A stretch of 37,726 nucleotides of DNA from an uncultured archaeon (GCA_938074535.1 CALJER010000007.1:1-37726), one strand, 5' to 3'; shown: positions 1-8,979, counted from the stretch's first letter. The notes: generated by a model not told the origin, from the sequence alone. Made by a program: numbers and translations.

Positions 1-1
1 G

Positions 2-448
2 ATCCTCAGGGGGGCAGGGGTGAGGGCGGGGCTGGTGAACGTGGGGGGAGAGGCAAGGGGCTTCGGCAAAAGCTGGACGGTAGGGGTGCAGCACCCCAGG
101 AAGGAGGAGGTGATGCTGGTGCTGGAGCTGGAGAACTTCTCCATCGCCACCTCCGGGGACTACAGGAGGTTCTTCTTCCTGGGCTCCAGGAGGGTCCACC
201 ACATCCTCGATCCCAGGAAGGGAGAGCCGGCGGTGGAGTGCATGAGCGTCACGGTGATAGCGGAGAACTGCGTGGACGCCGATGCCCTGAGCACGACCCT
301 CTTCGTGCTTGGACCGGAAGGAGGGAAGGAGCTGGCCGACCTCCTCTCCCGCTCCGGCAAGACCGTGAAGGCCATGCTGGTGGGCTCGGACGGGAAGATC
401 CTGTACTCGGACTCCTGGGACCTCCCCAGGACGGAGGAGCTACCCTGA
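2..448 (+). CDS. apbE: FAD:protein FMN transferase ApbE (5' end outside window)
   Basis: Motifs VNVGGE, ATSGDYRR, HHILDPR and ADALST; frame open from the window edge; adjacent to the rnf operon. Confidence 0.93.
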   Translation: MLRGAGVRAGLVNVGGEARGFGKSWTVGVQHPRKEEVMLVLELENFSIATSGDYRRFFFLGSRRVHHILDPRKGEPAVECMSVTVIAENCVDADALSTTLFVLGPEGGKELADLLSRSGKTVKAMLVGSDGKILYSDSWDLPRTEELP

Positions 449-1261
449 GGCGGGTGCGGGCGGGGAAGGAATCGGGGAGGGGGGGACCACGCCAAGCTTA
501 AGCACCTTGCGTGGGCACTTCTCCACGCAGGTCCCGCAGGCGTTGCAAAGGATGGGGTCGATGACGGGGAGGGGTTCGAGCTTTATGGCCTGAACGGGGC
601 AGGACTTTTCGCAGATCCTGCACTTGATGCACCCGCTGGCGCAGGAGGCGTTCACCTCCTTTCCGGAAGAGGGGGAGTTGCAGAGGAGGAGGACCTTGGT
701 GTCCTCCGGGAGGAGCTTGATCACACCCCTGGGACAGGCCTGCTCGCACAGCCCGCAGCCCGTGCACCTCCGCTCGTCCACCGCAGGCAGCCTTCCCTCC
801 ATCCTCAGGGCCCCGAAGGGGCAGGCCCTCACGCAGTCCCCCACCCCCAGGCACCCGTAGGGGCAGGCAAGGGGTCCTCCGGCCAGGTCGGAGAGGGCGG
901 AGCAGGTTCTCTCCCCGGAGGCGTCGAAGAGGATCTTGGACTCACCCGTGCACCTCACGCGGGGCAGCCTTCTTTTCTCCTCTTCCTTCACCTCTATCCC
1001 CAGGATCTTCCCTATCTCCCTCTTCTCCTCCGGACCAGCCAGCCTGCACTTGCTCAGGAGGGAGGGATCCTTCACCAGCTCCTCCGCCAGCGCATCGCAC
1101 CCGCCCTTGAGCCCGCAGGCCCCGCAGGAGGCCCCTGGAAGCTTCTCCCTGATCTTCTCAATCCTTTCGTCCACCTGAACGGCCATCTTCCTGGCCGCCA
1201 CCACCAGCATGACGGCAAAGGCGACCCCCATTATCCCCAGGACCCCCATCTCCTCTATCAT
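440..1261 (-). CDS. rnfB: Rnf electron transport complex subunit B (polyferredoxin)
   Basis: N-terminal TM helix, LPGASCGACG..C FeS domain, several CxxCxxCxxxCP motifs; last gene of the operon. Confidence 0.93.
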   Translation of the reverse strand: MIEEMGVLGIMGVAFAVMLVVAARKMAVQVDERIEKIREKLPGASCGACGLKGGCDALAEELVKDPSLLSKCRLAGPEEKREIGKILGIEVKEEEKRRLPRVRCTGESKILFDASGERTCSALSDLAGGPLACPYGCLGVGDCVRACPFGALRMEGRLPAVDERRCTGCGLCEQACPRGVIKLLPEDTKVLLLCNSPSSGKEVNASCASGCIKCRICEKSCPVQAIKLEPLPVIDPILCNACGTCVEKCPRKVLKLGVVPPSPIPSPPAPASG

Positions 1262-1843
1262 CTACTCCACCATCCCGCTGAAACCCTGGAAGGCCAGGGC
1301 CAGGAGGGCAGCGGTGAGGAAGGCCAGGGGAAGACCGCGGAAGGAGGAGGGAGCATCGGAGATCTCCAGTCTCTCCCTCATCCCCGACATCATCAGGATG
1401 GCCAGGCTGTAGCCCAGACCCGTGGCGAAGCCGTTTACCACGGCGGCCGGGAAGGAGTACCTCTCCACGTCCACGTTGATCAGGGTCACACCCAGGATGG
1501 CGCAGTTCACGGTGATGAGGGGGAGGTAGATTCCGAAGGCCCTGTAGAGGGGGGGAGAGAGCTTCCTGATGGTGATCTCGACCAGCTGGACGAAGGAGGC
1601 TATCACCAGGATGAAGGCCACGATCCTCATGTACTCTATGTGGAAGGGCACAAGGAAGTACCTGTGGACGAGCCAGGTGATGAGGGAGGAGCAGGTGGCC
1701 ACGAAGGTGACGGCCATCCCCATCATCACCGCAGTCTTCACCCTGGTGGAGATGCCGAAGAAGGAACAGAGGCCCAGGAACTTCGTCAGAACGATGTTGT
1801 TGATGAAGATGGCCGCTATCACTATCCCGAGGAGGTTCTCCAT
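1262..1843 (-). CDS. rnfA: Rnf complex subunit A
   Basis: NNIVLTKFLGLCSF, ILVIASFVQ and GIYLPLITVNCAILG motifs. Confidence 0.95.
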   Translation of the reverse strand: MENLLGIVIAAIFINNIVLTKFLGLCSFFGISTRVKTAVMMGMAVTFVATCSSLITWLVHRYFLVPFHIEYMRIVAFILVIASFVQLVEITIRKLSPPLYRAFGIYLPLITVNCAILGVTLINVDVERYSFPAAVVNGFATGLGYSLAILMMSGMRERLEISDAPSSFRGLPLAFLTAALLALAFQGFSGMVE

Positions 1844-1844
1844 C

Positions 1845-2438
1845 TCATATCACCCTCGCCTTCTTCAGCAAGGCGAGCAGGATGCCCATCACCAAGAAGG
1901 CTCCCGGGGGCAGGATCATGCCCGTGGCCGGGGAGGAAAGGAGGCCTGGGACCACCTGGTGCCCGAAGACCAAGACCTTGCCCGTCCCGAAGAACTCCCT
2001 CAGGAAGGAAATGACGAGGATGGAGAGGGAGAAGCCCACGCTCATCCCCAGGGTGTCCAGCAGGGTCTCGGGAACAGGGCGCTTGGAGGCGAAAGCCTCC
2101 GCCCTTCCCAGCACGATGCAGTTCACGGTGATGAGGGGAAGGAAGATCCCCAGCTGCTCGTAGAGGGAGGGCGAGTAGCCATGGATCAGCATCTCCACGA
2201 TGGTCACGAAGCTGGCTATGATCACGATGAAGGTGGGGATCCTCACGTCCCTGGGGATGAACCTCTTGAGGAGGGAAATGAGGAGATTGGAGAGAACGAT
2301 TACGAAGGTGAAGGCGACGGACATGCCCAGTGCGTTCTCCACCCTCGTGGTGATGGCGAGGACGGGACACAGACCCAGGACGAGCCCCAGCACCGGATTC
2401 CGCTTCAGGATACCCTTCGTGAACTCCTGGACCTTCAT
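1845..2438 (-). CDS. rnfE: Rnf complex subunit E
   Basis: NPVLGLVLGLCPVLA, LPLITVNCIVLGRAEAFA and ILPPGAF motifs. Confidence 0.95.
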   Translation of the reverse strand: MKVQEFTKGILKRNPVLGLVLGLCPVLAITTRVENALGMSVAFTFVIVLSNLLISLLKRFIPRDVRIPTFIVIIASFVTIVEMLIHGYSPSLYEQLGIFLPLITVNCIVLGRAEAFASKRPVPETLLDTLGMSVGFSLSILVISFLREFFGTGKVLVFGHQVVPGLLSSPATGMILPPGAFLVMGILLALLKKARVI

Positions 2439-2442
2439 CCCC

Positions 2443-2952
2443 TCACCCCCTCAGGTTCTCCAGACCCTTCCTCACGGCCCTCACCGCCGCCCTGGAGCTT
2501 ATGGTGGCTCCCGTCACCGCCTCTATTTCCCCCCCGTCCTTCTTAAGGGCTATCTCCTCCAGCCTCTTCCCCCCGAACTGGGCCAGAAAGCCCTCCTCCG
2601 TTATCTTGGATCCCAGACCTGGGGTCTCGCCGTGGGAAACCACCCTGACCCCTACCACGGTTCCCTCCGGAGAGACCCCCACCACCACCTCCATCCTCCC
2701 CCCGAAGCCCCTCTCCTCCACCACCACGGCATACCCCACCACCTCCCCGTTCTCCATGCAGACGTAGCGACCGTTCTCCTCGCTGAACTGGGCACCGGGG
2801 AAGATCTCTGAGAGGGTGCGGTAGAGCTCCGCCCTCTCCGCCTCCTCTATTCTCTCCTTCGTGGCACCGTGGATGAGGCCCAGGAGGGCTCCCCAGACCA
2901 CGCAGGTGATCACCAGCACCGCCACCGGCTTCACTTCTTTCTTACCCACCAT
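2443..2952 (-). CDS. rnfG: Rnf complex subunit G (FMN-binding)
   Basis: N-terminal TM, ETPGLG and flavinylation motif AVTGATISS. Confidence 0.95.
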   Translation of the reverse strand: MVGKKEVKPVAVLVITCVVWGALLGLIHGATKERIEEAERAELYRTLSEIFPGAQFSEENGRYVCMENGEVVGYAVVVEERGFGGRMEVVVGVSPEGTVVGVRVVSHGETPGLGSKITEEGFLAQFGGKRLEEIALKKDGGEIEAVTGATISSRAAVRAVRKGLENLRG

Positions 2953-3872
2953 TTCTTTCCCACCGTCCCGTACACCCTGGGCCTGGTGTACCTGTCTATG
3001 AGGGGAGTGAAGGCGTTCATGATCAGGATGGAGTAGGTGACTCCCTCGGGCATCCCCCCGTACATCCTTATCACCACCACCAGGAGCCCCGCCCCTAGAC
3101 CGAAGATCACCCTTCCCTTGCCCGTGAGGGGAGTGGTGACGTAGTCGGTGGCCATGAAGAAGGCACCCAAGAAAAGGCCTCCGGCCAGCATGTGGAAGAG
3201 GGGATCCTCACCCAGCAGGAACATGAGCAGGCCCACCGTGCCTATGTAGGAGAGGGGGGTCTTCCAGTCGATGTACCTGAAGGCTATCAGCAGGATCCCA
3301 CCCAGCAGAATGGCCAGGGCGGAGGTCTCCCCTATGCACCCAGCCACGTTTCCCAGGAAGAGAGCGGAAAGGGAGGTATCCCCCCCTCCGGCCTTCCAGG
3401 TGCCCAGAGGGGTGGCCGTGCTCACCCCCTCGAAGGGGGAGACCCAGGTGGTCATGAGGGCGGGCCAGCTCAGGGAGAGGAAGGCCCTTCCCACCAGGGC
3501 AGGGTTGAAGAGGTTCTGGCCCAGACCACCGAAGGCGCACTTGCCCACGAGAATGGCGAAGGAAGAACCCACCACAGGCATCCACAGGGGAACGGTGGGG
3601 GGGAGACAGAGGGCCAGGAGCAGGCCCGTGATCACCGCACTGCCGTCCATGGTGAACTTCTTGCCCATGGCCCTGTACCCCAGGAACTCCGAAATCAGGG
3701 CGGAGGCCACGGAGACCAGGATCACCCAGAGGGCATGGAGACCGAAGAGGTAGACGCCGCAGGCTGAGGCCGGCAGGAGGGCCACCACCACCGTGAACAT
3801 GATCAGCCTCACCGAAACCCTGTCCTTGAGATGGGGGCTTGGCGAAACCCTCAGCCTGGTGCCCGGTATCAT
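2931..3872 (-). CDS. rnfD: Rnf complex subunit D
   Basis: SPSPH, FGGLGQNLFNPAL, STATPL flavinylation site, FFMATDYVTTP; start moved to ATG 3872 (ATGA overlap with the rnfC stop). Confidence 0.95.
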   Translation of the reverse strand: MIPGTRLRVSPSPHLKDRVSVRLIMFTVVVALLPASACGVYLFGLHALWVILVSVASALISEFLGYRAMGKKFTMDGSAVITGLLLALCLPPTVPLWMPVVGSSFAILVGKCAFGGLGQNLFNPALVGRAFLSLSWPALMTTWVSPFEGVSTATPLGTWKAGGGDTSLSALFLGNVAGCIGETSALAILLGGILLIAFRYIDWKTPLSYIGTVGLLMFLLGEDPLFHMLAGGLFLGAFFMATDYVTTPLTGKGRVIFGLGAGLLVVVIRMYGGMPEGVTYSILIMNAFTPLIDRYTRPRVYGTVGKKWWVRKK

Positions 3873-5152
3873 TTCTTCAGCCTCCTGATCCCCTTCTTCC
3901 CCTCCCTTATCACATGCACGATGGGAATCTTGGAGGGGCAGACATAGGCGCAGCACCCGCACTCGTCGCAGCTGGTGAGGTTGTACTGCAGGCAGGCCTC
4001 GAAGTCCTTCTTCCTCACCAGCCTCACGAGATGAGTGGGCATCAGGCCCATGGGACAGGCGTCAACGCACCTCCCGCACCTGATGCAGGGGCCCTCCTCC
4101 TCTTCCCCGACCTCCCTTTCCTCCATCAAAAGCACGCAGCCCGTGGTCTTCACCACGGGCACCTCCTCGTGGACGGCGAACCCCATCATGGGTCCTCCCG
4201 CCACCACCTTCCCCACTTTCCCCGCCGCCCCCCCGCACTGCTGCAGGAGATAGGTGAAGGGGGTCCCCACCCTCACCCTCAGGTTCTTGGGCTCCGCCAC
4301 TGCCCCCGTCACGGTGACTACCCTTTCCACCAGCGGAATACCCAGCTTCACGGCGTCGTGGACGGCCTTCGAGGTGGCCACGTTCTGGACCACCGCTCCC
4401 ACGTCCAGAGGCAGGCCTCCCGCGGGCACCTCCCTCCCCAAAACGGCCTTCAGGAGGTGTCTCTCGTCCCCCTGGGGGTACTTGGTACGCAGCTTCACCA
4501 CCTCCCCCCAGCCCTCGCTCAGCTTTTGCATGTGCTCTATGGCGTCTGGTTTGTTGTCCTCGATGGCTATGAGGACCCTCGTCACCCCCAGGATCCTCGC
4601 CATGATCTTGGCCCCTTCTACCACCTTCTCCCCCTCCTCCAGCATCAGGCGGTGGTCGGCGGTGATGTAGGGCTCGCACTCCACCCCGTTGATCAGCAGA
4701 GTGTCCACCTTCTTGGGGGGATTGAGCTTGACGTGGGTGGGGAAGCCAGCTCCTCCCATCCCCACTATCCCGGCCTCCCTCACCCTCTGCAACAGCTCCT
4801 CCTTAGACGCCTTCTCCGGATCGAGGGGAGGCATCCTCACCCACTCGTCCCTCCCGTCGGACTCTATCACCACCGAAAGGACCCTGTCGCCTGTGGGCAG
4901 CCTGCGGGGGGAGAGCTCTGCCACCGTGCCTGAAACCGAGGCGTGAACGGGGGCGGAAACGGGGGCGTTCGAGTCCCCTATCTTCTGCCCCGTCTTCACC
5001 TGGGCCCCCTTCTCCACCAGGGGATCGCACGGGGCTCCCAGGTGCTGTCTGAGGGGAATCACCACACGAGGTGGAAGGGGTGGGACCTCTATCCTCTTGA
5101 AACCCGTGAGCTTCAGGCCGCTCGGATGAACTCCTCCCCTGAACCCTGACAT
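3869..5152 (-). CDS. rnfC: Rnf complex subunit C
   Basis: FRGGVHP, GMGGAGFPTHVK, NGVECEPYITAD, CIRCGRCVDACP and CDECGCCAYVCPS; start set at ATG 5152 (MSGFRGGVHP). Confidence 0.95.
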   Translation of the reverse strand: MSGFRGGVHPSGLKLTGFKRIEVPPLPPRVVIPLRQHLGAPCDPLVEKGAQVKTGQKIGDSNAPVSAPVHASVSGTVAELSPRRLPTGDRVLSVVIESDGRDEWVRMPPLDPEKASKEELLQRVREAGIVGMGGAGFPTHVKLNPPKKVDTLLINGVECEPYITADHRLMLEEGEKVVEGAKIMARILGVTRVLIAIEDNKPDAIEHMQKLSEGWGEVVKLRTKYPQGDERHLLKAVLGREVPAGGLPLDVGAVVQNVATSKAVHDAVKLGIPLVERVVTVTGAVAEPKNLRVRVGTPFTYLLQQCGGAAGKVGKVVAGGPMMGFAVHEEVPVVKTTGCVLLMEEREVGEEEEGPCIRCGRCVDACPMGLMPTHLVRLVRKKDFEACLQYNLTSCDECGCCAYVCPSKIPIVHVIREGKKGIRRLKK

Positions 5153-5177
5153 GGAACAAGAAAACTTCGAGCTCACT

Positions 5178-5185
5178 ATAAAAAG
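5178..5185 (-). promoter_or_regulatory. TATA box of the rnf operon
   Basis: TTTTTATA on the minus strand about 26-33 nt upstream of the rnfC ATG, in a GC-rich background. Confidence 0.6.
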
Positions 5186-5303
5186 ACTTTCGTACCGCTC
5201 CGCACCCCCGTATCTTTTGGAAGCCGGGGGACCAGGCTCCAGCATGTAAGCACCTCCTCCCCCGCGATTAACAAAATGTAAAAAAGGAGAACTCCACCTC
5301 CCA

Positions 5304-5777
5304 GTGATGAGGGAGCCGGAGAAGCGCCTGCTGCTGGAGCTCCTCAAGGACAGCTCCCTTCCCGTGAGCAAGCTGGCGAAGAGGGTGGGAATCTCCCGCC
5401 AGACGGCCTCGAAGAAGATCGAGGAGCTGAAGAAAAAGGGGGTCTCCTTCACCGTAAGGGTGGACCCCTCCAGGCTGGGTCTGGAGACCAAGGCCTACGT
5501 TTTCATCAACGAGGACCCGCAGGAAGAAGTGAGGAGGAGGAACGAGCAGGTTATCTTGGGAATACCCCACGTGAGCGAGTTCCACAGGGTCTTCGGGAGG
5601 TACAGCGCCGTGATGGTGGTGATGGTGAGGAACCCCGAAGAGCTCAGGGAGGTGGTCGAGAGGATTCATGAGCTCAAAGGGGTAAGGGAGACGGAGACCT
5701 TCATCGTGCACAGCACCGTGAAGAACGATCCCGACGCCCCCCTCGTCCACCTTCTGGAGGAGGAAGCCGGTGGGTAG
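5304..5777 (+). CDS. Lrp/AsnC family transcriptional regulator
   Basis: N-terminal HTH (LLKDSSLPVSKLAKRVGISRQT) and RAM domain (HRVFGRY...GVRETETFIV). Confidence 0.9.
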   Translation: MMREPEKRLLLELLKDSSLPVSKLAKRVGISRQTASKKIEELKKKGVSFTVRVDPSRLGLETKAYVFINEDPQEEVRRRNEQVILGIPHVSEFHRVFGRYSAVMVVMVRNPEELREVVERIHELKGVRETETFIVHSTVKNDPDAPLVHLLEEEAGG

Positions 5778-7023
5778 GGACGAGAAGACCATTCACGACC
5801 CCATCCACGGCAGCCTGCGGCTGGAGGGTCCCTCCCTGGACCTGCTGGAGGCCCCGGAGGTGCAGAGGCTCAGGGGCATCAGGCAGCTGGGGATGGCCTA
5901 CCTGGTTTTCCCCGGCGGCAACCACTCCAGGTTCGAGCATTCCCTGGGGGTCCTCCACCTGGTCAGGAAGTTCGGTGCGATGAGGGGCCTGGAGAGGGAG
6001 GAGCTCCTCCTCCTGAGCGCCGCCGCCCTCCTGCACGATGTGGGGCATCCCCCCTTCTCCCACACGCTGGAAGCCCTGATGCTGAAGCACCTGGGGAAGG
6101 ACCACGTGCAGGTGGGCTGCGAGCTGGTGAGGGGGGAGGCCTCTCTGCAGGGAGAGGAAAGGAAACCCCTGGGGATGGAGGGAATACGGGAGAAGCTTGA
6201 GAGATGGGGGATAGACCCAGAGGAGGTGGCCTCCCTGATGAGGGGAAGGCACCGCAGGAGGTACCTGGCAGAGCTGCTGGCCAGCGAGGTGGACTTGGAC
6301 CAGATGGATTTCCTGCTGAGGGACGCCCACTTCACTGGGGTGGCGCTGGGGATGATAGACGTGGAAAGGCTCCTCAACACGCTGGTCATCAGGGGCAACC
6401 GCCTCATGATCCTGAACAAGGGGATGGAGGCCGTGGAGGGCATGCTGACCGCCAGGTCACTGATGTACTCCTCCGTCTACTTCCATCCTACCGTCAGGGC
6501 GGCGGAGCTCATGCTGGCCAACGCTGTGGAGTGGTCCATTGCGAGGGGCAAGTCCCCCATGGAGCTCTACGCCAGGACGGACGGGGAGCTGCTGGAGGAG
6601 CTGAGGAGGATGGGGGGGTACGGCGAGGAGATGGTGCTGAGGCTGAAGTACCGTCAGCTCCTGAAACCGGCCTACGAGGAGCCAAGGAAGAGGCTGGGGG
6701 ACAGGGAAAGGAAGCACCTCCTCAGGAGGTTCGGGGGCTGGGACTCCCTCCTGGGGCTTCAGGACGAAATAGCCGAAAAGGCTGGGGTGCCGCGCGGCTA
6801 CGTCCTCCTGGATGTGCCCCTGGTGGACCTCTTCCTCTCGGAGCCGAGAATGGGCAAGGTGGAAATCCCCGTCCTCATGGAGAAGGGGAGGAGGAGGCTT
6901 TCCGAGATCTCCCCCATAGCCAGGGCCCTCAGGGAGGGTGCCACCCCCAGGTACCTGATGAGGGTGCTCACCCTTCCGCGCTTCGCGGAGAGGGTGAAGA
7001 AAGCCGCCTCGAGGGTGCTCTGA
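5770..7023 (+). CDS. HD-domain phosphohydrolase (dNTP triphosphohydrolase-like)
   Basis: IHDPIHG, QRLRGIRQLG, HSRFEHSLG, ALLHDVGHPPFSH, DLDQMDFLLRD and YSSVYFH motifs. Confidence 0.9.
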   Translation: MGRDEKTIHDPIHGSLRLEGPSLDLLEAPEVQRLRGIRQLGMAYLVFPGGNHSRFEHSLGVLHLVRKFGAMRGLEREELLLLSAAALLHDVGHPPFSHTLEALMLKHLGKDHVQVGCELVRGEASLQGEERKPLGMEGIREKLERWGIDPEEVASLMRGRHRRRYLAELLASEVDLDQMDFLLRDAHFTGVALGMIDVERLLNTLVIRGNRLMILNKGMEAVEGMLTARSLMYSSVYFHPTVRAAELMLANAVEWSIARGKSPMELYARTDGELLEELRRMGGYGEEMVLRLKYRQLLKPAYEEPRKRLGDRERKHLLRRFGGWDSLLGLQDEIAEKAGVPRGYVLLDVPLVDLFLSEPRMGKVEIPVLMEKGRRRLSEISPIARALREGATPRYLMRVLTLPRFAERVKKAASRVL

Positions 7024-7025
7024 CC

Positions 7026-7601
7026 TCAGCTGAGGCTCATCTTCCCCAGCTGGGTAAGGCTCAAACGCTCATCCAGGTAACCGAGGGTCTGGAGCCTCCT
7101 CACCTCGCTCTTCACCACAGCCAGGGGCACGCCTGAACTGGCCGAGGCTTGGTCCAGCGAAGGCGAGGAGGCGAGGGCTCTCAGAACCGCCCTGCCCACC
7201 TCCCCCACCAGGATGTCCTGGGCCAGCCTCTCCCTCAGGGCCCAGCTTAGCTCAGGCTGAGACTGGAGGATTTTGGTGAGGAGTTCTGGACTGGGGGCCA
7301 ACCCATATTTCTTCTGGAGTTTATCCAGGCTCACCTTCGCTCCCGCCACGGCGCTCCTGAGGGCCTCCAGGTCCCTCACCAGCGAAGAGACCTTCCCTAT
7401 TTCCATCCTCTCGTGCTCCGGTCTCTTCAGGATCTCCTCCCTCAGCCGGAGGTTCTCCTGCGTGAGCTTCCTGAGCTCCCCCTCCAGCCTGTTCAACCTC
7501 ACGGCGAGCCTCCTTCCCTCCAGAACCTTCCACCCAGGCAGGAAAATCCAACCCAGCACCACTGCCACCACGGCCAACAGCAGGTACTCCAGCTGGGTCA
7601 C
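7026..7601 (-). CDS. Hypothetical membrane-anchored coiled-coil protein with a possible C-terminal winged HTH
   Basis: TM segment (YLLLAVVAVVLGWIFL), heptad-like region, C-terminus SLDQASASSGVPLAVVKSEVRRLQTLGYLD..LTQLG. Confidence 0.7.
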   Translation of the reverse strand: MTQLEYLLLAVVAVVLGWIFLPGWKVLEGRRLAVRLNRLEGELRKLTQENLRLREEILKRPEHERMEIGKVSSLVRDLEALRSAVAGAKVSLDKLQKKYGLAPSPELLTKILQSQPELSWALRERLAQDILVGEVGRAVLRALASSPSLDQASASSGVPLAVVKSEVRRLQTLGYLDERLSLTQLGKMSLS

Positions 7602-7660
7602 GTGCTTCCCTTCCTACCTCTCCTCGCTTGCTTAAATCACCTTCCCACTTCCCCTCCGGC

Positions 7661-7667
7661 TTAAATA
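7661..7667 (+). promoter_or_regulatory. TATA box of tRNA-Gly
   Basis: TTAAATA about 25-31 nt upstream of the tRNA 5' end. Confidence 0.55.
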
Positions 7668-7691
7668 TCTTCCCCAAGAGATTCCTATGGT

Positions 7692-7769
7692 GCGGCAGTG
7701 GTCTAGCCTGGTCTAGGACACAGGCTTGCCGAGCCTGTAGCGCGGGTTCGAATCCCGCCTGCCGCACCA
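7692..7769 (+). tRNA. tRNA-Gly (GCC), CCA encoded
   Basis: Acceptor stem GCGGCAG/CTGCCGC, anticodon arm CAGGC-TTGCCGA-GCCTG, T arm GCGGG-TTCGAAT-CCCGC, terminal ACCA. Confidence 0.97.
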
Positions 7770-8286
7770 GCTCGATACGGTTCAATTTCCTTCGGGGCCC
7801 CAGATTCGACCAGGGCCCTCTTGACCACATCGGGAACCAGCTCGATGAGCTTCCACACCACCCGGCCACGAGCTCCCCCTCCTTCCTCCTGAGCTCCTCC
7901 GCCCTTGGCCCCCTCCGCCAGGGAAAGGAGGGCCGAGCACCTCGGGCAGTGGTTGAGCCCCCCTGGACGGTGGAGTCGCACCGGGGGGCAGAAGGTGGGT
8001 GCGTTCTCGGGGGCCAGGCCGTAGGGTTTGGCCAGGGCCTCGTCCACTTCCCTCCCGGAGAGGTGCACGTATCTGGCTGTGACCTGGCTCTCCCTGCTCC
8101 AGCCGAAGAAGACCAGAAGCTGGTCCCCCGTGAGCCCCCTTCGCCGGGGGGATAGGCGATCGGGTGGGGAGCAGGCTGGGGATGCCCTTCGGCTTCTTCT
8201 AGGAGGAGGCCGGCGGGCTCGGGCTGTGGGGCACGGGAGCTCCATATCTGCAGGTGGCTGTGAACTCCTTTTAAAGCCTGGCGCAA
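7770..8286 (-). pseudogene. Tyrosine recombinase/integrase C-terminal remnant (frameshifted)
   Basis: LTGDQLLVFFGWSRESQVTARYVHLSGREVDEAL (catalytic Tyr region) followed by a CPRC zinc ribbon split across frames; abuts the tRNA 3' end. Confidence 0.8.
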
Positions 8287-8396
8287 AAATCGAAGTTCGA
8301 AGCGAACGAATAGCTTTTAACAAGGCACAAAACCCACTCAAGGCCGGTTTCAGAAAGGAGCCTCGTAAGGTGAGATTGAAAGGAACCATGGTGTCT

Positions 8397-8979
8397 TCAG
8401 AGGTGGAATACGGGGACCCAGTGCACAAGGGTTCTGGAGGTCTTCCTTCCAAACTCGCTGAGGGTGACGATAACCGCCCGCTCTGGTTTATATGCTTCCA
8501 GAAAGCTGTGCAACCCTTTCCCAAGCTTCTCCTCCTCCCCCGCCAAAACAAAATCGACTTCGCCTCCGCCCGTGGTCCTCCAGCAATGCAGCTCGAAGTC
8601 ATCGCGCAGACGGGAGAGCTCACCGAAAACAAAATTTTAAGCGATTGCCCCTCCATCCGTTCTCGCCGTGAAGTCAGAAAAATTGTTCACGGCCGCGTTC
8701 CTCAGCCCCGTATCCCAGAAATAGACCTTCGGAGCTTCTCGGTTACAAGATTTCTAGGCCATCCTGCAGCTCACCTTCAGATCGGGGGCAATTGGGGCTA
8801 GCCTGAGGACCGTTGACACGTAAGGCAAGTGCCCTCACAAAGTCTTCAAACTTGGCCTTGCCCTCTATTCTGAAGAACGCAACTATATCCTTCTCCAAAT
8901 AAAGGTCAAAGATATTTCTCAGGACGGCTCTCCTCCTCCCCGCAACCGCGGAAACACGACCTCCCACCTGCTCGGTCAC
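8397..8979 (-). pseudogene. AAA+ ATPase / DUF4143 (COG1373-like) pseudogene
   Basis: Manual translation gives NIFDLYLEKDI..., then after a frameshift PKVYFWDTGLRN...GAIA*NFVFGEL...WRTTGGGEVDFVL, with an in-frame TAA at 8637-8639 where the E of ENFV is expected; no Walker A region. Confidence 0.85.

Noticed and set aside
440-500. Pro-rich RnfB tail overlapping the apbE stop
   Set aside because: Most simply a convergent overlap through G-rich sequence; no evidence of function
5153-5491. N-terminal extension of RnfC in the ORF track
   Set aside because: It overlaps the divergent lrp gene and the promoter; the conserved start is MSGFRGGVHP at 5152
8637-8639. In-frame stop as possible recoding (Sec/Pyl or alternative code)
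   Set aside because: It is TAA in a gene that is also frameshifted and truncated; TAA, TAG and TGA all terminate intact genes here
8028-8801. 257-aa plus-strand ORF in the tRNA island
   Set aside because: Antisense to the recognisable integrase and DUF4143 remnants
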